This document shows positions 37,283 to 49,200 of a DNA stretch of 64,000 bases, in pieces. Below the pieces are notes generated by a model. That model saw nothing but the letters and a program-made list of their open reading frames with translations. It ran no database searches and was not told where the DNA came from. This DNA is from Lingula anatina (Eukaryota; Animalia; Brachiopoda), in NCBI GenBank assembly GCA_051362555.1, contig CM120648.1, forward strand, positions 1,527,721 through 1,591,720, written 5' to 3'. A program made the translations under genes and the position numbers. Position 1 is the first letter of the stretch. Each line of letters starts with the position of its first letter.

Positions 37283-40200
37283 GGGGGGGGGGGGTTAGGA
37301 AGCCAAAAAACGTGCGTATAACGAAAAATCGACGAGAACAATTGTATTATAATGTGTAGGACATATGTCCTAAATTACCCAATAGAATATCTGACCAATT
37401 TCCTATAAGGAGATTATACGATTTTGAGCCAATTTCCCGTAGATTATCCTAGTGTATAGGGTTTTTCCGTGAGGGAGTAGTCAACAAGTATTAAAATCTA
37501 TAATCATGTATCTTATTTCCGTAAAGGACTCACCTTCGCAAAAAAGCGGATCACCGCTCCACGTGCTATTGTCCTGACAGACACGTGATAAAGAGCCGTT
37601 TGCTAAGAAATAGCCGCTGTCGCACGTGTAAGTCACGTTGTTCCCGCCATAAAAGGTTTGGCTCGCGGCCGGAAGCCTGGCGCTGTTGCTGATAAAACCG
37701 GGATCGCTGCAAACAACAACTGGAAAGAGAATACAGTTATGTACTGTAGGGCTACTATGTTCTCTGTGTGAGCAAATAATCAATTTTAATGAGCAAATAA
37801 TCAATTCCGACTGCCTAAAACTGGTTTCTCATAGTGTCTCTTTCTGGTTTGAGTCCGAAAACATGCCCCTGATTGAACTCTGACAGTGTATGCGGCCTTG
37901 ATTTACCCTCTTTCATGTTTTGTACTTACCGTCACATTCCATTTGCGCCCCGGACCACGTTAAATCCCCCTGGCACGTTCTACTTACGTCACCGCTGGCG
38001 TACACGTGACCCACATTACAGCTGTACGTCACTACTGAGCCCATGGTTAAGTTGCCCGAATAAGTCGCGTTTACCCCGGGTTCAGGAGCAGAACATGCTA
38101 AATAAATAAATTATTGAATAAATAAATAAATAAAAATGTAAGTAACCACGTTACAAATGTGTAACTTAAAGATGCATACAAAGTCAATTTTTTGTCACAA
38201 AAACCAACCAAATGCCAGCATATAGTTTCAAGTAGTATAACTAAGAGAATTACCAAAAGGCATTGTTTATAAACAATGCCTTTTGGTAATTCTCTTAGTT
38301 ATACTACTTGAAACTATATTGGTTGGAAACTATATAGAGGCTTTATAAAGCCTGTCTGTGTGGGTTAGATTAATGTATAGGAGCATGTTCTATGTAAAAC
38401 TTTGATCAGATTTGTGTTTTGGGAGATTGGTCATTTTTATCTTAATCAGTTTTGGTCAAAAAAGTTCTGCTAAAACAACTAGAATAAAAAATAAGAAAAA
38501 GAGAACTATTTGTCATGATTTCGGAGCACAGCCGGAAGCACTTCCGGCTCAAGGTTACGACCTGGATTTTCCCACGCTCACGACCAATCACAGCAGGGAA
38601 TCAAGCTTGTCATACTTCTCTTATATAGCATATTCTAAATCAGCTGTCTGTGAAAAACTAACTTCAAAAGTGAGGAAGTCGGAATAATTTTCAGGTAACG
38701 TCGCTAACCATAAAAGTATTTCCCACATGTATCTTGTTAGTAACCGCCTGTCCATCGTTTCGGTACATGTACCGATCAAAAGCAGAAAACGTAAAGCCCA
38801 AAATATTGTCATTTATTGTGAACAGGCTAATATGATAATCATACACACCTGAGACCTGTGAAGCGCAAACTCGCGTGTCGAGGAGTAGTTTTGCCATTGC
38901 CTCGTATGTGAGACCTAACTCTGCTTTAAGTTTCTTCCACCGCCCCACCTCCCTCCCAACATACACAGTCTGAGAGCTTCTTTGTCTGTCTCTCATTTTC
39001 TTTCGTATCTTTCGAACGGGAGTGGCTATTTTCTTTCGTCCCCTTTTGTCACTCTCTTCAGACTTTATGCGCGTCTCCATGTTTGCTGTTTTGGCGCCAA
39101 ATAGTAACATCCAGGTCTCAGCCGTAGTACTTCATTCATATAGTCTAATAGTAAACAGCGAGACCTAGCAAGAAATTGTGCGTTCGGAAGCCGTACTATG
39201 AGGTAGTAGCTGAGTATTTAAGACGAGTCGTCTTTTATTAATTAATGGAACTTAAAAACGGTATTAGGTAGCTTCATTTTCTGAACAGTTTTGGATAGGA
39301 TATACCTTGGCCATTATGGGGAAATTGGTAAGATTTCCAGGAAAATTCATTTTCTTGCTATATTAAGGGTTTAACCCACACAGAGAGGCTTTAATTTTAC
39401 CCGAAAATGATGTTTGAACAGATTTTTCTGCTGGCATTCTAAGCTGTATGTCAATGGGGCAGGAAAGTAGGTCACGGAAATAGGTTAAATTTACAACCAT
39501 AAATTTGAAGAAAGGAGCAGTTTAAAGGTCTTTTATGGCTGATTGAGTGATCTGTTCAATTTTTCCCTTGGCATGTCGAATTTATTTGAGTCATATAAGA
39601 ATCTAGTAGAAGTGGTTTACATGTGTTACTGGGAATCCACACTCCACCGATGCTCGGTTCGTATGTACCTTTAAAGCTACGAAGATATCAAATAATCATA
39701 TACGATATTCACAGCGATTCGAAAGGGCTAAGAGAGTAAAAGAAATAAGACAAAATCAAAACAGAAATTAATTGAAAAATGAGCAAATATTCTGCCTGGA
39801 AAGAGGACAAACCTTTCTAAACATAAGTTCGGAGCTGAAATGTGAAAACGCCAATAATACCAATGCTGAAGGGGCTATCATTACGACATTGCTATGCCTG
39901 GATGTACACATCTTTATCTTTTGATTCTAATAGCATAATATCTAAGCATTTTAGCATTAAAGAAAGCAGTTTCAAGTGGTGTGATATACCAACTGCCATG
40001 GAAAGTATAAGTATTCTTCTTTTGTATCTAGTGCTTAACTGTATCATCAGTATACTCACCTACGCTTGCTCCTCTTTCTCTGCACAGCTCCCACGCTTCA
40101 TTAATTGTCTGCAAGTCGACTGCTGTGTCAAAAAGGTGGACGCACGATAGCCGGCCATTGAACGCGTATGCCGGATTATTGTTGATTAGTCGTTTGCCTA

Positions 40201-43200
40201 CATGAAAATCGTGTGCTGTATTCAGATCAAACTGCCCTAACACTGCCGTTGAATTATTGAAATAGTGGGAATCGAGAGTCCCCGATCCTAACAAAACTGT
40301 TCCCGTGTCTCTGTCGTATTGTACGATGACTTTCTGCCACGTGTTGGCGGAGAATGCATTGTTAAACGTGTCAGTGTGGTATTGGTTGCCGGTGTCTACT
40401 AGATTGACATATAAGTGAGGACCGGCATCCCACTGCCATATATGGGGCTTATCAACTCCAAATTCAAACAAAATGGCCCTTGTAGATGAGCTCACACTCA
40501 CAGGATTGATTAGGAAAATCAAGGTGAAACTTCTGACTGCTAGATCGGCATGCGCTGGCACTGTTATGTGCGATAAAGAGGAGGCAGTGAATTCCAACGC
40601 ATGGAGAGCCCCAAAAGGACCCGGGGCTGCTATCACGTTAGAAAGTGCCCCGTGGTGCCCTCTTCCGGTGAGGTCGTTGCCCAGGCTGTTGCCGTCAAAT
40701 GGCCAGAAAGCAACTTGTTGTAGGTCGTCTGAAACATAACAATTTGACTTAATTGGCAGATGTTTTATTAAAGCTGTCAGAATGCTCTGGTTATGCCGTG
40801 ATCTTCATTACGGTGAATAAAGCACTATATACTTGCATGGAGGAGTAAGAGAGAGATTGTTTTCTTGTGCCATTTGATATACACACGTAAGTGTATCGCA
40901 GTGGTTGCAATGGTCCATCTCAACTTAAACACTATGCTCTCAAACTTAACACAATGTACTGGTCTAGTCATACTTACACTGACACTCCATGCGCGTTCCA
41001 GACCAGGTTAAGTTCGTCAGACACGTTCTGTTGGAGTCCCCGCTGGCGTAGGTGGTACCAAAGTTACAGGTGTACGATACCACAGACCCCATAGTCAAGT
41101 TACCAGAGTAGGCAGCATTGACACCGTCATCCGGGGCATTGCACGCTAATGTTAAATAGATAAAAGATAATAACTGGGTATGTATATATATATACGATGG
41201 AAGGAAAAAGCATTTAAATATTTTAACAGAGAAAGTTATGAGAAATCAGAATGAAATAGTCTTCAAATAATAGTTAAATTATGTATGAGGCAGTGCAAAC
41301 CGAATCGTTTTATTCTAAATCTTTGCATTCCCCTTCGCCAATACCAGATATTGGGTCTAGTAGTGTCAAGGCAATACTTACCCAAATTCCCTCTCTCTTG
41401 GCATCGTTCCCACGCTGCATCCTTGGAGTCCGCATCAATGACGTCATCAAACAGTTGAACACACGATAAACGTCCGTCGAACATTTCTGTGGCCAACCCT
41501 TGCCGCTTGCCGATTTGCAGATTGAGGCCGTTTGTGTGATGAGTAAAGGTCCCTAACTGCGTCGTATTAATGGTGACCTGTTGGGTGTCAAACACTTCAG
41601 ATTCCACTGTCAGTTCCCCGGTAGTGTGTGAGTAGCTGACGACCACTCTGTGCCACGTTCTCACTGTAAATATGTTGTTCACCTGACTGAAGTGCTGCAA
41701 ATTGGGGTCGCTTGAGTCAATGAGGTTTACTTTTAGGGATTGTCCGTTAGGGTGAACCCATATGTGAGACGCGACTGGATTGGATGCGTACTCAAATAAG
41801 CAACTGGGGTCCATGTTCTCCAGATACATGAAGAACATCAAAGTGAAACTCTGGACTGAAAGCTGCGCATGCGCGGGTATGACTACATGGGAGTCACTGG
41901 CTTCAGCAAAGGTCAAAGCATGGGCGTGTCCGTATGGTCCGGGCGACGGTGAGACGTTATGTACCGTTCCATGGTGCCCATTCCCACTTAAATCGGTGCC
42001 TAGGCTGTTGGCGTCCAACGGCCAGAATGCCACCGGATGGGCATCACCTGTAACCAGCCAAGAGCATTGCTAGCATTATAATGATTATGGAATGCAGCAT
42101 TGAATGCAATACTTTGTTGGAACGCAGTTCCATTAAAACAGACATAATCTTGGTTTGTGCTGTATTTTCAATCTCAACAAACACGTTCAGATTAAATCGT
42201 ATATTTTATAATAATGTGATAATGTATCCAACAAATAACCAACAATTTAACGATCATCAATACAATTTCACGTACTTACAGCAAGTACGTCAGCTCACAA
42301 TATCCCATAAGGATGTGATACTAACAGTAATTGTAATGCAGTAGAATTGAAACAGTAACAGTCACACAGCAACAGAGAGAAATGACAGCCGAGCGCTATT
42401 TACAACCCACTACTAAGTACTGTAGTTTCTACATGCTTTTGGTATTAGTGTATGCATAGAAGCTTCTGGGAGTTTTCACCAAGATTTTTCAAATTCTAGA
42501 ATGTACTGCCGTAAGAAGCTGTACAATATACTAGAAGTGTGATCTTAAAAGTTTTTTTGAGCATCACAACATTGATATGACATATTCCAAAACTCTGCAT
42601 TTGAACATTTTTGGGTGTCTTTAATTTTTTGGCCATTAAAGACCAACAATACTTCCGGTATCAAATGTTGAAATATATGAATGATGGCTTTCGAGGACAC
42701 AAAAGATATTTATTACAAATCGTACCAAATAGGCCCACTGATAAATAAAGTAGGAAGTGTTGGTTTTGCAGCACTAAAACAGCATTACAGACAACACCAC
42801 GACTGTTTTAGATTGAGGAATACTATAGTACATGAAGCAGTAGGACCAATAGCGTCACCACAGCCCTCACCGCCAGGAGAAAACAGAAGTGGTCTACACA
42901 GAACTACATCCATGGCCTCCTCAGTGGTATGATACCACTGAATCGTTTACCTGTGCATCTATAGTGTATCTGCAGGTACTTGTAGGTTCCAGAACAAGGA
43001 TCCTGACTGAATGTTGCTATATTTGCTACCACAGAGCAGGACTGCTGACCCTCGCATGCCGCGGCCACGACGCTGTAGGACCTGGTGGCGTTGCAGTCCG
43101 TGGTCCGTATGGCACTGCTTGGACACGTGTTTCTGTTGTTCCGGCCATACATGGCGTCCACAATATGGATGATGTAGTCAACAGGACACTGCGGTGATAC

Positions 43201-46200
43201 CGTCCTACCCTCGCACTCCACCTCGGTGATGTAGCCCGCTGCATTAAAAAGGAACAGTAAAGATGAGCATTATTCGGTGATGTAGCCCGCTGCATTAAAA
43301 AGGAACAGTAAAGATGAGCATTATGGCGGTAGATGAGCCAAATTATCGACACTTAACCTATAACCACATAACACCATACAGTTTCAAATAATGCAACCCA
43401 AAGAAGAAAAGAAAAAAAAAAACAGGGTTTTGTTTCATTTATTCGTTTAGATTAATTAGGAATTGTAGGGGACGGATACAGGTAAGTAGGTCAAGTGTAA
43501 GATCATATATCAAAAGTAGGTGCAGTTTTATTTATTTTTTTTCGACTGAACGTGTGATTAATATAGTAGTAAATGACGGTAATAACTTGTATGCGTTTCA
43601 GGCCGGCCCGTAACAAGCCCACCCCTCGCCCACCTCCCTTGCTTTCTTCGCTTATGACAGACGCGACTGGAAAAAGTGGGGAGAGACTAAACCGCCATTC
43701 CCGTTTATCCTCTCTCTCCTTCGCAATTTAGCCACACAATGTAATATATTTTCGCAATGCAAGTTCCAGAGCAGTCTCCCATAGTTAAATCAACTCAATA
43801 CGTTGATCACTGGCCTCACAAACCCTTCCATTTGTGATAAAAGTATAATAAAAAGGGACATGAACTACGTTACGCATACCACATTCGGGCTCCTGGCCGC
43901 TCCACGCCCCGTTATCCAGACACTCCCGCACGAGGTCGCCCCTTTTAAGCGCGGAACCAGTATCGCACGTGTAGGTGATATTGTCCCCTAGGCGTAGACC
44001 GCCGACCACCTGAGAGACATTAGCGGGTGTTGCGGGAAGAGGGCACTGTTCACCTGGAACAAAATGTCAAACATAGAGGACAAATGCTAGGCTCTGGAAA
44101 GAGGACAGGGCCAAATGCCACTCACTTTTACTATATACGAGACGGCGGGTTCACCATAATATAAAGGACAGAGAGATAAAATAAATTTGTCTTGGGTTTG
44201 TCTCAGTTAATTGGTATTTTTTTTTACTTTCTTTATCCTTAAGAGAGCAGATGTACCTCAGACGCTAAGGTAGAGTCACGTGTCTGTTGTGTCCTCCTCT
44301 AGACCCAACTTTGTCCTTTCGATTAGTAAAGCGGTTTTGACGTGTCGCGCTAGCTTTCCTTACCTTCACACACGGGTGCCGAACCGTCCCATGTCCCGTC
44401 GGACTGACAACTCCGGACGAGGTTTCCGCTGCTGAGAGATGTCCCGGACACACAAGAATAGGTGATGCTGTCCCCTACGTTAGTGCCTGCTACTACCTCA
44501 GTTGTATCAGTTGGTGATGAGGGGGTACTACAGGTTATAGCTGAAAAACAAGGTCAAAATTGAAACTACCCTAAGGCCAAAGTGACAACGCCCTTTGGGA
44601 AAAGAGGGTTTACAGTTTGTTACTAAAACGCAAGGTCCAAATTACGTCTGACAAAAGCTAGTTGTCAGCATATGCAGAAGGAGCACCCCATATTATAACT
44701 GAACTATAAGGTCAACATAAACTCTGCTGTAACACCCGTTGTGGCCTCAAATAGGAAAACAATGCAAACATCGCCGAAAGCCGAAATTTATAGTTCGTGA
44801 TATTTTACACGTGTTGTCCTCGTGAAGGATACATCAGTTTTGACGTGTCTCTCCAGCTTTCCTCACCTTGACATACGGGTGCCGAGCCGTCCCATGTCCC
44901 GTCAGACTGACATACTCGCACGAGGTTTCCGCTGCTATGAGTTGTCCCGAACACACAAGAATAGTTGATGCTGTCCCCTACGTTAGTACCCGCTACGACC
45001 TCTGTGGTATCAGTTGGTGATGAGGGGGTACTACAGGTTATAGCTGAAAAATAAGGTCAACATTGAAACGACCCTAGGCCAACGTGACATTATTGGTATC
45101 TTTAGGAGAGCAGGGACCACCCAGCAAACACGTCACGCTGATACCACGTGGTTAATCCGTCTCTACGACGTCATAATGTGGTAGCAACATGCTAGCCACG
45201 TGATCCAAACGTTACGTGTTTGCTGGGCACTGAAATAGGAGGTCAACATAACAACTTCAGAAGGCCCCTTGTGACGTGAGTGGCACAGTGGCTTAAAAAG
45301 GGGGGAGCTTTTAACTACTAACATCAGAGGGCACTACGTCCAATAAGGTTAGGCAAATACCACAACAACCCAACGTCCTTTGTGAAAAAGAGGGTTTACA
45401 GTTTGTATCTAAAAAGCAAGGTTCAATTTACGTCTGACGAAAGCTTGATGTCAGCAGCTGCAGAAGAAGCACCCCATATTATAACTGAACTATAAGGTCA
45501 ACATAAACTCTACTGTTTCCCCACTGTGACCTGAAATAGGCAAATAATGAAAACGCCGTCAAAAGCCGGAATATATAGCATATGATATTTTGGACGTGTT
45601 GTCCTCATGAAGTCGTACATCAGTTTTGACGTGTCTTGACTCTTGCTAGATTTCCTTACCTTGACACACGGGTGCTGAGCCGTCCCATGTCCCGTCGGAC
45701 TGACAACTCCGGACGAGGTTTCCGCTGCTATGAGTTGTCCCGGACACACAAGAATAGGTGATACTGTCCCCTACGTTAGTGCCCGCTACGACCTCTGTGG
45801 TATCAGTTGGTGCTGAGGGGGTACTACAGGTTATAGCTGAAAAATAAGGTCAACACTGCAACTACCCGAAGGCCAAAGTGACAACGCCCTTTTGGAAAAG
45901 AGGGTTTACAGTTTGTCACTAAAACGCAAGGTTCAAATTACGTCTGAAAAAGCTCGTTGTCAGCAGCAGGAGAAGAAGCACCCATCTAATAACTGAACTA
46001 TAAGGTCAACATAAACTCTACTTTAAGCCCCGTTGTGACCTTAAATAGGCAAACAATGCAAATATCGCCGAAAGCCAAAATTTATACAGTAGTACGTGAT
46101 ATTTTACACGTGTTGTCCTCATGAAGTCATACATCAGTTTTGACGTGTCTCTCCAGCTTTCCTCACCTTGACACACGGGTGCCGAGCCGTCCCATGTCCC

Positions 46201-49200
46201 GTCGGACTGACAACTCCGGACGAGGTTTCCGCTGCTATGAGTTGTCCCGGACACACAAGAATAGGTGATGCTGTCCCCTACGTTAGTGCCCGCTACGACC
46301 TCTGTGGTATCAGTTGGTGATGAGGGGGTACTACAAGTTATAGCTGAAAAATAAGGTCAACATCGAAACTTCCATAGGCCAACGGAGAGCAGGGGCCATC
46401 TTTAACTGTTACTGAAATAAAAGGTTAATAGTTGCAAGGTCAAAATTACGTCTGACGAGAGCTCCAAATCACATGAGTGGTGTCGCCAGGGTACACGGCA
46501 ACCTGTTGCACATTTTTACAGCTGCCCTTGTGAGCTTAGACTGGGTTCCATACCTGGATCGGTCTAACAGCTAAGGGCGGCTTAGTTGTCTGTCACGCCT
46601 ACTGAAGCTGGTAGGGGGTAATTAATTATCGTTTAGCAGATTCAGTAGGCGGGCCAGACATCTAAGCCGCTTAAGCTGAAAGGAATTTAGCGACAAACCC
46701 CTTGGAGATGGATCGATCCACAGTTAGTACGATAGAGTCTGGAAATGGTCCCAGAGTAACATCAATGATTTTAATCGTTAAAAACCGCCAAATCCACAAA
46801 ACAGAGGGAAGGTACCACAATTTTTGGAGTGCTGTCCTCATGAAGGGTGCAGCAGTTTAAAAGTGTCTCGCTAGCTTTCCTTACCTTGACACACGGGTGC
46901 CGAGCCGTCCCATGTCCCGTCGGACTGACAACTCCGGACGAGGTTTCCACTGCTATGAGTTGTCCCCGACACACAAGAATAGGTGATGCTGTCCCCTACG
47001 TTAGTGCCCGCTACGACCTCTGTGGTATCGGCAGGAGAAGAGGGGGTACTACAAGTTATAGCTGAAATATAAGGTGAACATTGAAACTTCCATAGGCCAA
47101 CGGAGAGCATGCAGGGGCCATCTTTAACTGTAACTGAAATAAAATGTTAATATATAATTTGGTAATTTAGATGCAAGGTCAAAATTACGACTGACGAGAG
47201 CTCCAAATCACATGAGTGGTGTCGCCAGGGTACACGGCAACCTGTTCGTGAAAGCAAAGGCAGAAATATCATTATCGGAAGCAGTTCGAAGTCCAAAGGG
47301 GAATTAACGTCTAGAAGGCGGATATATACCTCGTTACTTAGATAGAAGGTCTATATTCTGCTGCCATTAACTCCTCTGATCTGGGTGATATCAACGGGTG
47401 CGAGGCGGACATAAGTTATCTTTTGTTAGACGTAGATAAAAAACCAACATTCTAATTGATATAAATATAACAGGCCCGTCGCCAGGGGGGTTCGGGGGGT
47501 TCGAAAGAACCACCCTTTTTGCTGGGAAAAGGTCCACTCTGGGTAAAAGTTGATCTATGTATTTCAGGATTTTATGGTAAAAGGTCCACTTTTTCAGAAA
47601 ACGACCCCCCCTGAAATTGCTGGCTACGGACCTGTATAAATACATGCAGGTGACTATGGGTTCAAATAGAGGACCTTTAAGCTCCACATGATGACTGGTG
47701 CCAGAAACGGCAAAAGGAGTACCTAAGCTTATAACTAATTTATAAGGTCAACACTACCCCTGTAGTAGTAGTAGTAGTTTTATAGCTGCCCTTCTGACTT
47801 ACAGTAACATCAATGATTAAACCGCCAAATCCGCAATAGAGAGGGCAGATACCTCATTATTTGAAGTGTTGTCCTCATGAAGGGTGCAGCAGTTTAAACG
47901 TGTCTCGCAAGCTTTCCTTACCTTGACACACGGGTGCCGAGCCGTCCCATGTCCCGTCGGACTGACAACTCCGGACGAGGTTTCCGCTGCTATGAGTTGT
48001 CCCGGACACACAAGAATAGGTGATACTGTCCCCTACGTTAGTGCCCGCTACGACCTCTGTGGTATCGGCAGGAGACGAGGGGGCAGTGCAGCCTGCACTT
48101 ACTGAAATATAAGGCCAATCGGAAGATCAATCGCTATAAACGAAAACAGTAGGACGTTAAGTTTGTCGGACATTAAGATTTCCTGAACGCTTATGATCTT
48201 TTACACAGGCCGCGATAATGCCTTATTATTACATTTACCTGCGGCAAGTGCGAAGCGGAGTAAGATATGAAAGTGAGGTACTAGTAAACTTGAGGCACCT
48301 AATGCCAATGAGAGAAATCTACAAGACACTGGAGTAAACATATGTGTAGCTGCCAGTACGGTCCAAAGCCAACTCCGCAAGAGGCAGAAGTGTTAGACCC
48401 CATTCTCATACCTAGATCGATCTAGCTGGATCGACCCATCTCCGAGGGGATTCTTGCTAAATTGCAGTCAGCTTAAGCGGCTTAGATGTCTGGCAAGCCT
48501 ACTGAAGCTACTAAACGATAGTCAATTACCCCCTAAATGATAGTTTATTACCCTTTAACAGCTTCAGTAGGCTTGCCAGACATCAGAGCCGCTTAAGCCG
48601 AATGCATTTAAGCTAGAAAATCCTCGGAGATGGGTCGATCCTACGAGATCGATCTAGGCATGGGAACGGGGTCTGAAAGGCAACCCACCAGTGCTTACCT
48701 ATCATTTCGCACACGTAGCGATAATTGTAAGAGCAGGAACGGTCCATCCACTGGTAACTGTAGCTGTTGTGTGCCCGATAGGCATTGCAATTTGCGTTGC
48801 CGCGAGCATCACATGAGCATATGTTATCATAGGTTGGTGTGGTACCATCGGCCCACTGGTCGGGATTGGAACCCATGTGTTCAAGCCCTATCCAATACTG
48901 AGCACTTAACCTGGAGACCAGAAACGACAATATAACCGTTATAATAATAATAATTACCAGTGTCATTTAAAAATTGAAGAAAGAATGACTGGTGTTACAG
49001 TGTATATAGGAGAAGGAAACAAAAATGCGATTTTTTAAAAAAATATTCATTTAACATTTTAAAATTAAATGAAAAAGATACTATTCAATCAACCATATTC
49101 GAATACCGTATTCGAATAATTTGCGTTTGAGTTAGTTTAAAGTCAGTGACGCGTGTTCACGTTAATGCTATGGTGTGAAACCGCAAGTAAAAAACGCGAG

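Larger units (their letters stand above)
38170..39670. mobile_element. Older Kolobok-type non-autonomous element (host of the nested copy)
   Basis: TTAA-AGATGCATAC ... GTATGTACCT-TTAA: AG..CT termini, 8/10 TIR match, TTAA TSD. Confidence 0.45.

Noticed and set aside
44364-48101. Regularly recurring near-identical ~177-bp units that could suggest a CRISPR-like array or a diversity cassette system
   Set aside because: The units are spliceable sushi exons with GT-AG ends and homologous introns; there are no unique spacers and no cas, recombinase or reverse transcriptase genes.
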